Shown one piece after another: positions 28,645 to 39,310 of a stretch of DNA of 53,257 bases. Every line of letters begins with the position of its first letter. Within the stretch, counting starts at the first letter, position 1. The DNA lies in contig JAAFKI010000144.1 in NCBI GenBank assembly GCA_021399345.1, forward strand, positions 1 to 53,257, given 5' to 3'. Source of the stretch: Candidatus Heimdallarchaeota archaeon (GTDB taxonomy: Archaea; Asgardarchaeota; Heimdallarchaeia; Heimdallarchaeales; Heimdallarchaeaceae). The translations under genes and the position numbers were made by a program. Below the pieces are notes generated by a model. That model was not told the DNA's origin. It was given only the letters and a program-made list of their open reading frames with translations, and ran no database searches.

Positions 28645-30027
28645 TCATCCTTTAGGATCTAAAACCTTCTCTAAGTCTTTAATCTCCAAACCCATTTCTT
28701 CTATAACTTCTTTTATTGTTTTTCCAGTTTCATAGGCTTTCTTAGCTATCTCAGCAGCTTTATCATAACCTATAATTGGCACAAGATTTGTCACAATCAT
28801 TAAATTATCTTTTAATTGTTTTTCGATTTGTTTTTGGTCAGCTCTTAATTCTTTTAGGCAATTTTCAGTAAAGGATTTTATTCCATTTGAAAGAAGTAGA
28901 ATAGATTCAAGTATTGTTGAAATGATTAATGGTTTTGTGACATTCAGATCAAGAGTACTTCCAAACCCTTCAGCAAAAGTTACTGTTGTATCATTTCCAA
29001 TGACCTTCAAACATACTTGAATTAGCATTTCAGATTGTGTAGGATTAATTTTCCCTGGCATGATGGAAGAGCCTGGTTCTTTTTTGGGTATCAATAATTC
29101 TCCTAAACCAGCTCTTGGCCCACTGCTCATCCATCTTATATCATTAGCTAGTTTTATCAGAGCTAATGAAAGTGATTTAAGAATACCACTTAATTTTACA
29201 AACACTTTGTGTGAAGCTATTCCTTCTGCTTTAATAGGATTCAAGCGAAAGTCTACTTTTGTTATTTCTGAGAGCTTTTGAATAGCTATCTCTCCAAATT
29301 CTTCGTGAGTATTGATTCCAGTACCTAGAGCTGTACCCCCCAGTGGAATTGATGCCAATTCTTCAACAATTTCCATGAGATTTTGTTCTTCAGAAGTAAG
29401 CTGTTTAAGATAAACAAGAAATTCTAAAGACAATGGTATAGGTACTGCGTCTTGTAAATGAGTTCTTCCAACTTTTATAATATCCTTAAATTCGTCTATT
29501 TTTTGTTTAAGAACAGAAAGAATATCTCTGATAGCTGGAAGCAGCTGTTTATGTATCTCCTCAATGGAAACAAGATGCATTGTTGTTGGTATAATGTCGT
29601 TTGAAGATTGGCCCTTATTCACATGATCATTTGGGTGAACAGGATGCTTTTTACCTAACTCACTGCCTAGAATTTCATTAGCTCTATTTGCTAATACTTC
29701 ATTCATATTCATGTTGGTTTGAGTTCCTGAACCAGTTTGAAAAATGTCAATTGGAAACTGATCTAGTAGCTTATTTTCAATTGTTATTTCATCTATTGAC
29801 TGAAGTATTGCTTCTCCTATACTTTGGTCTATTAAGTCTAATTCTAAATTAGTTTGAAGACATGCTTTTTTGATTTGAGCTAAAGCTTTGATAAACGATT
29901 CTGAAAATACTCTTCCACTTATTCAGAAATTTTCTATTGCTCTTTGTGTGTTGATTCCCCAATAAACATTTGCTGGAACCTCTAGCTCTCCTAAGATGTC
30001 TTTCTCCAATCTAGTTTTATCACTCAT
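28645..30027 (-). pseudogene. fumC: Class II fumarate hydratase interrupted by an in-frame TGA at codon 35
   Basis: ATG at 30027: [38 protein letters not shown]..., with TGA at 29923-29925; continues in frame to QTGSGTQTNMNMNE, GRTHLQDA, GSSIMPGKINP. Confidence 0.85.
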
Positions 30028-30787
30028 TTTTTGACCACTTATCTCTAATATCATTAATAGCTGTTCCCGGTCTTACTCCTTTTGGACAAACACGATTACA
30101 AACAAAATATTTTTCACAGGCTGGTACGGCATTTTGTTGCAACACAATATCTAATATCTCTTGTCTGTGTTCTTCTGACAATCGATTATCAGCAATGAAA
30201 CGATTTGCTTTGGCTAGAGCAGTTGGACCAAAATATTCCTTATTTGTAGCATTAACAGGACATGCCCAACACAGACCACAAGCGATACAATTAATTAAAT
30301 GCTCTATTGATTTAGCGGCATCAGAACTCTGATGAGATTCAGGTGCTTCATCATTCCATTCTCTTGTGAAATAAGGTTCAACTTCTCTGTAAAACTTCCA
30401 GAAAGGTTCCATATTAACTACTAAATCTTGAATGATTTCCATATTAGGTAATGGTTCAATAAGTATCTCATTTTCCTGATCCCAATCAAGGATTTGTCCG
30501 AAATTAAACTCTGGGAGCTTAACTGGTTTCTTTTTGGTTTTAACGGTAGATATCTGCGTTCTACACGCAAGCTCTGGGACTTTATCTACAGTCATACCAC
30601 AGCTGCCACAAATCGCTCCTCTGCAAGAATATCTGAACGCAAGTGTTGAATCATAGTTATCTTGAATATAGAAGAGTGCTTCTAGAATTGTTAGACCTTT
30701 TCTCTTTGGAACTTCGAATCTCTCATATCTGCCTTCTTTATCTTCTGAATCCTTTCTGAATACAAGGAATTTTTGCATCTCTACCAT
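30020..30787 (-). CDS. sdhB: Succinate dehydrogenase/fumarate reductase Fe-S subunit
   Basis: [37 protein letters not shown]. Confidence 0.95.
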   Translation of the reverse strand: MVEMQKFLVFRKDSEDKEGRYERFEVPKRKGLTILEALFYIQDNYDSTLAFRYSCRGAICGSCGMTVDKVPELACRTQISTVKTKKKPVKLPEFNFGQILDWDQENEILIEPLPNMEIIQDLVVNMEPFWKFYREVEPYFTREWNDEAPESHQSSDAAKSIEHLINCIACGLCWACPVNATNKEYFGPTALAKANRFIADNRLSEEHRQEILDIVLQQNAVPACEKYFVCNRVCPKGVRPGTAINDIRDKWSKNE

Positions 30788-32502
30788 TAATACACACGCT
30801 CCTTTACCTCAAATTGACCAAGTTTCACAGGTTTAGTTTCTACTATTAATTTTCCTTCTTCGTCTCTTGTAACCATAGAATGAACAAGAAATTCTTCATC
30901 ATTACGGTTTGGAAAATCTATTCGAGAGTGCGCTCCCCTGCTCTCTTTTCTCCACAAAGCTGAAAAAGCAGTGACTTCTGCAATATCAAGCATATTTCTA
31001 AGTTCAAGTGTTCTGATTAAACCAAAATTAAACTTCCTCTTAGAAGTGGAAACTTTGACGTTTTTAAACTCTATTTGCAATCTGCAAATCTCCTCATATG
31101 CTTCATTAAGCTCATCTTCTGTTCGAAAAACGCCAACTTTAGTATCTAATGCTATTCCCATTGCTTCTTGAATCTCAAAGGGTTTTTTACCTAAACTGTT
31201 ATCCCATTTCTCAAGAAGCTCCTCAATTTCTTTGATTACTTCTTCTTCAGATGCCATTACTCTAATTTCTTCCGGTAGCTTTGGCAGGCCTTTCTCTAAC
31301 ATCAACTTGCCAACATGCCTACCGAAAACAGCTGTTTCAAGCAAAGAATTTCCTCCTAATCGGTTAGCTCCATGAACAGATATACAAGCTGTTTCTCCAA
31401 CTACATAGAGACCAGAAAGCATAGTTTCACATATGTCCCCATCAAATTTTGTCCCAATACCACCCATTGAATAATGTTGTCCTGGTTGAACAGGTATTGG
31501 TTCATTGATAGGATCTACACCAGCAAAATAAATAGAAATTTCTCTTATTCCCGGTAATCTTTCTCTGATTCTTTCTGCACCAAGGTGTGTAAGATCTAAA
31601 TGAACATAAGCATCCTCAAATCCTCGTCCTTCTCTGATTTCAGTATCAATAGCTCTAGCAACAATGTCTCTGGGAGCTAATTCTTTAGCATTAGGTGCAA
31701 CATCTAACATGAACCTTTCTCCAAGATTGTTGTAGAGTAACCCACCCTCACCTCGAGCGCCTTCGGTAATCAGAATGTTGGTGCCATATAGGGTTGTAGG
31801 ATGGAATTGAACAAATTCACCATCTTGAATAGGAACTCCTGCTCTAAAAGCTGCACCTACACCATCTCCAGTATTGATAATAGCGTTTGTAGAACGTTTG
31901 TAGGTTCTACCAAATCCTCCGGTAGCTAAAATGACATATCCTGATCTAAAAATAACTAACTCCCCTGAAGCCATGTTCAAAGTCAGTATGCCAGTTATTT
32001 GATCATCAATTTTTATCAAATCTATTAAGAAAAACTCATCAAAGAATTGCACATTCTTATGAACACATTGTTCGTAGAGGGTGTGAAGTAAAACATGACC
32101 TGTTCTATCTGCAGCATAACACGTTCTTGGAAAACCAGCTCCTCCAAAAGGTCTTTGTGCAATAAGCCCAGAATCTAACCTAGAAAATGGTGCTCCCATA
32201 CTCTCAAATTCAACGACTATTTTGGGTGCTTCTTCGCACATTAGTAAAACCGCATCTTGATCAGCTAGGTAATCAGAACCATAAACTGTATCATAAGCAT
32301 GTTTTTCGGGAGAATCATCTTGTCCAGCTTCAGTATTTCCCAAAGCGGCATTAATACCTCCTTGTGCAGCTCCTGAATGACTCCTAATTGGATGGACTTT
32401 GCTTACAACTGCAACTTTCCAATGTTTGGAAAGCTCTAGAGCTGCTCGCAATCCACTTAAGCCAGCTCCAACTACAACAACATCGTATTCTTCTATTTTC
32501 AT
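30787..32502 (-). CDS. sdhA: Succinate dehydrogenase/fumarate reductase flavoprotein
   Basis: GAGLSG, RSHSGAAQGG, QFHPT, TEGARGEGG, HGANRLGGNSL, ESRGAH. Confidence 0.97.
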   Translation of the reverse strand: MKIEEYDVVVVGAGLSGLRAALELSKHWKVAVVSKVHPIRSHSGAAQGGINAALGNTEAGQDDSPEKHAYDTVYGSDYLADQDAVLLMCEEAPKIVVEFESMGAPFSRLDSGLIAQRPFGGAGFPRTCYAADRTGHVLLHTLYEQCVHKNVQFFDEFFLIDLIKIDDQITGILTLNMASGELVIFRSGYVILATGGFGRTYKRSTNAIINTGDGVGAAFRAGVPIQDGEFVQFHPTTLYGTNILITEGARGEGGLLYNNLGERFMLDVAPNAKELAPRDIVARAIDTEIREGRGFEDAYVHLDLTHLGAERIRERLPGIREISIYFAGVDPINEPIPVQPGQHYSMGGIGTKFDGDICETMLSGLYVVGETACISVHGANRLGGNSLLETAVFGRHVGKLMLEKGLPKLPEEIRVMASEEEVIKEIEELLEKWDNSLGKKPFEIQEAMGIALDTKVGVFRTEDELNEAYEEICRLQIEFKNVKVSTSKRKFNFGLIRTLELRNMLDIAEVTAFSALWRKESRGAHSRIDFPNRNDEEFLVHSMVTRDEEGKLIVETKPVKLGQFEVKERVY

Positions 32503-32795
32503 GATATTACCTACAAAGACATTTTAGCAAGAATACTAATTTGTTATTTAATTTTAACTTTGTGTCAAAAAGGTAATTTTTTTGTTTCTTTCGTAATAAA
32601 ATTCTTCTAGATACAATAACAGTTTCCAGAAAGAGTAAACTCGCTATAAATCAGTTCAAAAATGAGAGTTAGAGTTGTTTCGTCTATCGGACTGTCTAGA
32701 ACTTTTTCTTTAGCAAACGTTAATATTGGTGAAACTGTGAAGTATATTTTGAAGATACGCTGGGGAAATGTTATCTATCACTTGGGGTGTGAAAA

Positions 32796-33317
32796 ATGAC
32801 TGAAAATAACACTAACAACATGGAAGAAATGTTAACGACCTTAGAGAGTTATGTTCAACAAGCAAAGCTGAACAGAATTAAGGGCGTTCTTGAGAACTAT
32901 GTGAAGGAATGGGAAGTTGAAGCGAATATCATAATACCAACGAGGATAACATATCCAAAACCTATTTTCCTGTATCTTGAAAAATTAAACGAAATTCCCA
33001 TGGAGGTTTTTGACTGGATTGGTGAATTTAGCAAATATTATGATATGAAATATGTCAACTTAAAGGGGAATTTATTTGCACTGTACATCTACAAAGACTT
33101 TGATCGAAGAGAGGAGAAAGGAGAAAAAGAAGCTTCATTGTATGAAATCTATGAGAGAGAAAGAAAGTCAATATATCAGAGAGAAGATGTCAAAGAAGAA
33201 AGTGTATATGACTACAATATTAAGAAAGGAATAACACCCTTAGTTACTGGAGAAAGGGAACAAAAAACAAAATCACTCGAAGAAGATTACAAAGAAGAAG
33301 AACCTGCGAAATCCTGA
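32796..33317 (+). CDS. Hypothetical protein with acidic C-terminal tail
   Basis: 173-aa ORF with upstream GGGGTG SD-like site. Confidence 0.6.
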   Translation: MTENNTNNMEEMLTTLESYVQQAKLNRIKGVLENYVKEWEVEANIIIPTRITYPKPIFLYLEKLNEIPMEVFDWIGEFSKYYDMKYVNLKGNLFALYIYKDFDRREEKGEKEASLYEIYERERKSIYQREDVKEESVYDYNIKKGITPLVTGEREQKTKSLEEDYKEEEPAKS

Positions 33318-33456
33318 AACAATTTTAACATAGTCTAATGAACTTTTAGAAGTTAAATAATAATCTAGAAGAACTACACATTTGTAAAGTAAAAACTACA
33401 TTTTATTAAATGTTAGATAATAAAAGTGCCCAAAGTAATCAATATCTTGGAGAAAA

Positions 33457-33666
33457 ATGATAAAATCAAACAATATCAATATCTACAAGGACTGGAAAAT
33501 TGTAAAGAAAATAGAAATAAATCGAAAACTAGAAAGGGAAATTGATGCGATATTAGGTAAACGGATCAATCTAAAGAGCGGAAACAATGGCAGTAGTTAC
33601 CAGAAAAAAAGGAAATCAATATTTAGAAAAGAAGAAAGAAAGCAGATAGTGTTTATCAGTGCTTAA
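33457..33666 (+). CDS. Small basic hypothetical protein
   Basis: 69-aa ORF with upstream GGAGA; no family recognised. Confidence 0.4.
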   Translation: MIKSNNINIYKDWKIVKKIEINRKLEREIDAILGKRINLKSGNNGSSYQKKRKSIFRKEERKQIVFISA

Positions 33667-33677
33667 ACGAATAGCTC

Positions 33678-33893
33678 TTGTTCATGATTAGATCATCTGT
33701 AATTATTTTTACAATAGCTGGAATTGTTGGAATCACTCTAGCAGCTCTGGGATATCAATTTTTCATTTCATTCTTCAGTGGAATGAGTGTGATGATTATT
33801 GGTATACTAATAGAGAGTATCATTATCACAATAAAAAGGAAAAAAAGGATGAAAAAACGTGGAAAACTACAGAATTCTAATGTTTCCGCTTGA
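33678..33893 (+). CDS. Small two-TM membrane protein
   Basis: Hydrophobic hairpin followed by a basic tail. Confidence 0.5.
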   Translation: MFMIRSSVIIFTIAGIVGITLAALGYQFFISFFSGMSVMIIGILIESIIITIKRKKRMKKRGKLQNSNVSA

Positions 33894-34039
33894 ATTATTA
33901 ATTTAGGAGACGGATTTTTGAGTCTTCAAATTCATCTTAAATAGTTTTCGGAAGCGTCCTTTTTTTCCATTTACAAGAAGAGGTCTTGAAACGCCACCCT
34001 AATAAAAAAACGATTTCAATTAGGTATTTCTTTGGTCAT

Positions 34040-34056
34040 CAAAACATTTATATATG
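34040..34056 (+). promoter_or_regulatory. BRE/TATA element upstream of tfb
   Basis: caaaacaTTTATATAtg, about 250 nt before the tfb ATG. Confidence 0.5.
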
Positions 34057-34306
34057 AGATGCGAAGGTTAGGAGTTTAGCATAGAGCTACGAAAGATTTA
34101 AAAAGAGAAGTGTTGGGACATTTGGAAGGGTTCTCTCTTATTTTATGAGGTTGAAACATGAAATAGTGTTGGGATTCGCACCAAGCAGCTAGCATTAAGT
34201 GTGTAATGTTAAACGTTAAAATCAATGTAATGCGTAAGAATAATACTGCTCTGTTTAGTTTTTCGTTAATCATATAACAGACAATTCATTGTAGGTTGAT
34301 ACAAGA

Positions 34307-35254
34307 ATGAGTAAAAAAAAGGATAAAGCATCACTAAGAGACGACGAGGAAGATATGGAGTGCCCTGAATGCGGTAGTATAGATGTTATTCTGGATGAGA
34401 CTAGAGGAGAGCATATTTGCAGAAATTGTGGAACAGTTGTCGAGGAAAAGCTAATTGATGACGGTCCAGAATGGAGAGCCTTTACTGCTGAAGAAAGATC
34501 TAAGCGCAGTAGAGTGGGATCGCCTACCACAATTACAATCCATGATAAAGGTCTTTCAACCCAAATCGGTTGGGAAGACAGGGACGTCTATGGTAAGAAG
34601 CTTTCACCCAAACGAAGAGCTCAGATTTACCGTCTCAGAAAATGGCAAATCAGAACAAGGGTTCATAGTTCAATAGATCGAAACCTTGCGTACGCCATGT
34701 CTGAATTAGACCGTTTATCTTCACAACTAGGTATTCCACGAAGTGTGAATGAAACTGCTGCAAATATTTATCGAAAAGCCATCGAGAAAAGATTGATTCG
34801 TGGTCGTTCAATTGAAGCTATGATTGGCGCGACAGCATATGCTGGAGCTCGTATTCGTCGTGTTCCTCGAACACTAGATGAAATAGCTCGTCATTCAAGA
34901 ATTTCTAAGAAAGAACTTGGGCGATGCTATCGATTAATAATTCGAGAATTAAACATTAAAATCCCGCTAGCTAATCCAACTGACTATATTGTTCGTTTTG
35001 CAGCAGAATTGAGACTAAGTGGTAGAACTGCACGTAAAGCTGTTGAACTACTTAACAGAGCAAAAGAGCATAACTTGACAGCTGGTAAAGATCCAACTGG
35101 TCTAGCCGCAGCTTCAATTTATATCGCTGGAATTACTGAAGGAGAGAGAAGAACTCAGAGAGAAATCGCTGAGACTGCAACTGTAACTGAAGTGACAGTT
35201 CGTAATCGTTACAAAGAGTTAGTACGTAAACTCAAAATCGAAGTTACTATTTAA
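34307..35254 (+). CDS. tfb: Transcription initiation factor IIB
   Basis: CPECG..CRNCG ribbon, GPEWRAF B-reader, two cyclin repeats, VTEVTVRNRYKE. Confidence 0.98.
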   Translation: MSKKKDKASLRDDEEDMECPECGSIDVILDETRGEHICRNCGTVVEEKLIDDGPEWRAFTAEERSKRSRVGSPTTITIHDKGLSTQIGWEDRDVYGKKLSPKRRAQIYRLRKWQIRTRVHSSIDRNLAYAMSELDRLSSQLGIPRSVNETAANIYRKAIEKRLIRGRSIEAMIGATAYAGARIRRVPRTLDEIARHSRISKKELGRCYRLIIRELNIKIPLANPTDYIVRFAAELRLSGRTARKAVELLNRAKEHNLTAGKDPTGLAAASIYIAGITEGERRTQREIAETATVTEVTVRNRYKELVRKLKIEVTI

Positions 35255-35273
35255 CTTCCTCTTCATTTTTCTT

Positions 35274-35471
35274 TTATTTTTCAAATTTAGCTAAGTAATC
35301 TTTGTAGACTTTATTTTCACTTGTGAAGATAAGAAACTCTAAGATACTCCTGTTATGAATAACCAGATAATTCGCTCGATTATATAGATTTTTCACTTGA
35401 TGACAAAGTGTGCTTAGAGATTGGTGATAGTTTAGTTCTATGCATTCTACTCTGAGTACTTTAGTCATCAT
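35274..35471 (-). mobile_element. Truncated IS200/IS605-family TnpB remnant
   Basis: RVECIEL...LSTLCHQVKNLYNRANY matches the TnpB N-terminal LC..SKNLYN.ANY motif; similarity stops after about 38 aa. Confidence 0.7.
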
Positions 35472-35613
35472 ATGTAATCTTGAGAGTTTGCTATAAAAGC
35501 TACAGTAATATCTGATGCAATTAGTCTGTTTAAGGTGATTCTATTAACAATTAAAGGAACAAAGAGATAAAAACTCTTAATAATCTATTTTCTTTTGAGG
35601 GCTTTAGATACTA

Positions 35614-37143
35614 ATGACTGAAGAAAGATTGATGGATAAAATCATTGATGTTTGCAAAAGAAGAGGATTTGTCAGTCCTACAGCTGAAATATATGGTGGA
35701 GCTGGAGGATTCTTTGATTATGGTCCATTAGGCACATTAATGCGTCAGAAAATAATTGAACTTTGGAGGCAAAGTTTTGTTTTAGATGAAGACAAAGTCT
35801 TCGAAATTTCAGGATCAACTCTCTTACCTGAGTCTGTTTTTCAAGCTTCAGGACATCTTGAATCTTTTGATGATCCCTTAGTTCAATGTTCTAAATGCAA
35901 TTCCATGTATAGAGCTGATGATATCATAAAAAGGAATACTGGAGAATCTGCTGAAGGATTGCCGATAGCAGAATTGGATAAGAAAATCAAGGAAAATGAG
36001 ATTAAATGTCCAAACTGCAAAGGAGAATTAGGAAATATAAGACAATTCAATTTAATGTTTAAGACTGAAATAGGTTCTACTGGTGGAGTTAATGGTTATT
36101 TACGACCCGAAACAGCTCAAAATATTTTCATCAATTTCAAACAATTAGCTGGTTTCATGAGGAACAAACTCCCCTTTGGTATAGCTCAGTTTGGATCTTC
36201 CTTCAGAAACGAAATCTCACCTAGAAGTTTCCTTATTCGAGGAAGAGAATTTGAGCAAATGGAAATAGAAATGTTTTACGACCCAGGAAAGGAAAATGAG
36301 CATCCACGATGGGAAGAAGTAGCTGATATAGAAATAAACATTGTCACACGAGATATGCAAGAAAAAGGATGGGAAAAACCTTTGACTATGACAGCTGAAG
36401 AAGCTGTTACTAAAAAACATGTACCTAATCAATATTTGGCTTATTATCTGGCATTAGAAACTGAAATGTTTCTAGTATTAGGCGTAAAAGCTGAAGATTT
36501 CTGGTTCAGACATATGCAAGATCATGAAGCTCCTCATTATTCAGCAGGAAATTACGATCTTGAAGCAAATCTTTCAATCGGTCATATGGAAATAGTTGGG
36601 AATGCACTCAGAACAGATTATGATTTACTAAAACATGCTAAAGCTTCAAAATCGAATTATGAGATAGTTGTGGATGAGAAAAAGATTCTTCCTCATGTTT
36701 GTGAACCTTCATTGGGAGTGGGAAGAATACTATATACTGTTCTAGAAAAATGTTATAGAGAAGATGATAGAGGCTGGACATGGTTCCAGTTTCCTCCAGC
36801 TGTCGCACCTTTGGAGGTAGCTGTTTTTCCACTTATGAAGAAGGATGGACTTGCTGAATTTGCTCATGATGTTCACACTGAACTAAAAGAAGCAGGATAC
36901 TTGTCATTCTATGATGAAAGTGGTAAAATCGGTAAGCGATATGCTAGAGCTGATGAGGTTGGAATACCATTCTGTGTTACAATAGATTATGATTCACTCA
37001 AAGAGTATTCTGTTACAATAAGAGATAGAGATACAATGGAACAAATCAAATTACCTTTAGAAGATTTAGAAGTTGCTTTAGGAGAATTGATGGAAGGAGA
37101 TTCAGATTTCCAAGAATTCATTGATTTCGCGGATGAAAAATAG
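35614..37143 (+). CDS. glyS: Glycine--tRNA ligase (archaeal/eukaryotic alpha2 type)
   Basis: DYGPLG, FNLMF, LRPETAQ, FRNEISPR, REFEQME, EPSLG, IGKRYARADE. Confidence 0.97.
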   Translation: MTEERLMDKIIDVCKRRGFVSPTAEIYGGAGGFFDYGPLGTLMRQKIIELWRQSFVLDEDKVFEISGSTLLPESVFQASGHLESFDDPLVQCSKCNSMYRADDIIKRNTGESAEGLPIAELDKKIKENEIKCPNCKGELGNIRQFNLMFKTEIGSTGGVNGYLRPETAQNIFINFKQLAGFMRNKLPFGIAQFGSSFRNEISPRSFLIRGREFEQMEIEMFYDPGKENEHPRWEEVADIEINIVTRDMQEKGWEKPLTMTAEEAVTKKHVPNQYLAYYLALETEMFLVLGVKAEDFWFRHMQDHEAPHYSAGNYDLEANLSIGHMEIVGNALRTDYDLLKHAKASKSNYEIVVDEKKILPHVCEPSLGVGRILYTVLEKCYREDDRGWTWFQFPPAVAPLEVAVFPLMKKDGLAEFAHDVHTELKEAGYLSFYDESGKIGKRYARADEVGIPFCVTIDYDSLKEYSVTIRDRDTMEQIKLPLEDLEVALGELMEGDSDFQEFIDFADEK

Positions 37144-37187
37144 TCTGAACAGAAAAGATTAAGAATAAACTAAGGAAGAGAAAAACG

Positions 37188-37334
37188 ATGACTAAATATA
37201 TTTGCCAAAGATGTAAGAATGAGATAACACCTAGTGAATTAAGATTATTACCTGGGGTTAAATGTCCTAAATGTTCAAATCGAATTCTAGCAAAACAACG
37301 CTCCCTTATTGCAAAACCAGTAAAAGCTAGATAG
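37188..37334 (+). CDS. rpoP: DNA-directed RNA polymerase subunit P (Rpo12)
   Basis: Below the ORF-track cutoff. Manual translation: MTKYICQRCKNEITPSELRLLPGVKCPKCSNRILAKQRSLIAKPVKAR*. Confidence 0.92.
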   Translation: MTKYICQRCKNEITPSELRLLPGVKCPKCSNRILAKQRSLIAKPVKAR

Positions 37335-37406
37335 GACTCTTCCTGTTTTTATTTTATCAATTTTGTTTCATCAGAAGGTTGAAGTTAACCCTTTTTTGAA
37401 TTATTC

Positions 37407-38504
37407 TTAGAAAGGAATTGCAACTATAAAAACACCATAAATAAGACCTGATAGAGCTGCTGCAACAGGGAAAGTTATGATCCAACTTATAACCATTTTT
37501 CTGAATGATTTTTTATCTGGACGTTCTCCCTTAACCATTCCTGCTCCAATAATAGCGAAGATAAGCACATGACTCCCCGAGATAGGAAATCCAAAAATAG
37601 TTGCTAGAAAAATAACACTGCTAGTTGCAAGCTCAATACTAAAAGCATCAGAAGGTTTTATTGCTATTAAATTGTTACCAACATTTTTGATTACGTTTCT
37701 TCCTATAACTATTAACCCTAGAGCAATCATAGCTCCTACAGCCATAACTAAGTAGATCGGATTTATACCCGTTGCAGTAAATTTTGTGAAAATGCCCGAA
37801 GTTAAACCTACTCCTGGTTTAGCTATTAAGAAGAATGGCATGAAGTTTCGTATAGAACCATTTTCTATTAAACCATATAAAATACCTAATGCATTTGCAG
37901 AATCATTTCCTCCTCTACTGAACTGCGACCAACCAACTGCTAAAATGAGTAGTACGGCAAATATTCTCTCAGTTTTTTCAACTCTATCCAATCCTTTCTG
38001 CATTTTCGAAAGAAATTTTTCTATTAGAATTTTGAAAATAATAGCTCCAATAAAACCTAGTAAAGGCGAAATTACCCAGCCTAATGCTACTTCTCCAAGT
38101 GTTCCCCAATCCATAGATTGACCAATTGATCCTGACCCTTGGAAACTCCAAACAATTGCTACACCAAAAACAGCTCCAACTACTGAGTGTGTAGTTGAAA
38201 TAGGAGCTCCTGTTTGTGAAGCTACAACCAACCAAATAGTTGTACTAATAATAATTGCTAAAAGCATATAGACGTTATACTCAACATTTTCTCCCAGAAG
38301 ATTTTCTCCAATTGTTTTACTTACGTTTTCTGAAAAAAACACCACACCTAAGAAAACAAGTATTGCACCTAGAGCAATTGCGTATTTTGTTTTTATAGCT
38401 TTACTCCCCACTAAAGTTGCCATAGTCTCATCATTACTTCCGATGCCAAAAGCTAAGCCGAGCATCAAAATCAGAAGAATGATGACTATAACTGCAACTG
38501 CCAT
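37407..38504 (-). CDS. pit: Inorganic phosphate transporter, PiT family
   Basis: GSNDE, PISTTH, GGNDSANA, PISGSH. Confidence 0.93.
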   Translation of the reverse strand: MAVAVIVIILLILMLGLAFGIGSNDETMATLVGSKAIKTKYAIALGAILVFLGVVFFSENVSKTIGENLLGENVEYNVYMLLAIIISTTIWLVVASQTGAPISTTHSVVGAVFGVAIVWSFQGSGSIGQSMDWGTLGEVALGWVISPLLGFIGAIIFKILIEKFLSKMQKGLDRVEKTERIFAVLLILAVGWSQFSRGGNDSANALGILYGLIENGSIRNFMPFFLIAKPGVGLTSGIFTKFTATGINPIYLVMAVGAMIALGLIVIGRNVIKNVGNNLIAIKPSDAFSIELATSSVIFLATIFGFPISGSHVLIFAIIGAGMVKGERPDKKSFRKMVISWIITFPVAAALSGLIYGVFIVAIPF

Positions 38505-38531
38505 TGATAATTTACTTCCATAATTTTATGA

Positions 38532-39185
38532 TTAAAGTGCATATTTGTGGATAAGGATGAATATTCGATCTGCAAAAATTTCAGATCTATCCGCAGCTTC
38601 CATCAGATACTTGATTAGAGTTTCAGTATATCTAAAAGCTTGAAAATCGTGTTGGTAATCATAATTCAGCTTTTGAAGCACCCATTGTTTGTCTCTTACA
38701 GATCTTCTTAAATTTGTTATATTGGTAATATTTTCTTTTGCTTTTTCAAAATTATCTTGGACATTGATTACCATTTCATGAACTTGGTCTCCAATTTGAT
38801 TGTTTAATTCGGCTATTTCTTTAATTCCTTCTCTCAGATTTTCATTGATTTCAACTTGAAAAAGAAGTAATTTTCTTACAACAATTTCTATTTTGTCTGT
38901 GATTTTATCTATGTTTTCAATAATTTGAATACGATCAGGTCTGGAAAAAACCATTGTTTCTCTAGAAAATAATCTTTGGAAAAATTCTTCTTTTTTTCTA
39001 TCTTGCTGTTTTTCTAAAATTATGGTTTCATCTGCGTATTTTTGAGCATCTATGAAATTACCCTCAACATATGCTAAAACAGCTTTTTTCATTGTTTCAA
39101 ATGCTTTTTTTGTCAACTCACTACAATCTGTAAACAATTCTTTCAGACTTCTAGTATGCTTTTTGCGTGAAAATATTCTTATCAC
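38532..39185 (-). CDS. DUF47/PhoU-like Pit accessory protein
   Basis: E...D and D...D helical repeats; directly upstream of pit. Confidence 0.88.
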   Translation of the reverse strand: MIRIFSRKKHTRSLKELFTDCSELTKKAFETMKKAVLAYVEGNFIDAQKYADETIILEKQQDRKKEEFFQRLFSRETMVFSRPDRIQIIENIDKITDKIEIVVRKLLLFQVEINENLREGIKEIAELNNQIGDQVHEMVINVQDNFEKAKENITNITNLRRSVRDKQWVLQKLNYDYQHDFQAFRYTETLIKYLMEAADRSEIFADRIFILIHKYAL

Positions 39186-39310
39186 CTTTATTTTATGCTA
39201 CATTGCAGAGATATTAACTTTTCTTTAAACTAAGAATTATGATTGGAAACGAATAGTATTATAAATTTTAGTAGAAGTTAATGTTTTTATTAACTGAAAG
39301 TAATTGCTAT

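Noticed and set aside
34076-34676. Small ORFs around the tfb start
   Set aside because: Antisense or out-of-frame shadows with no motifs
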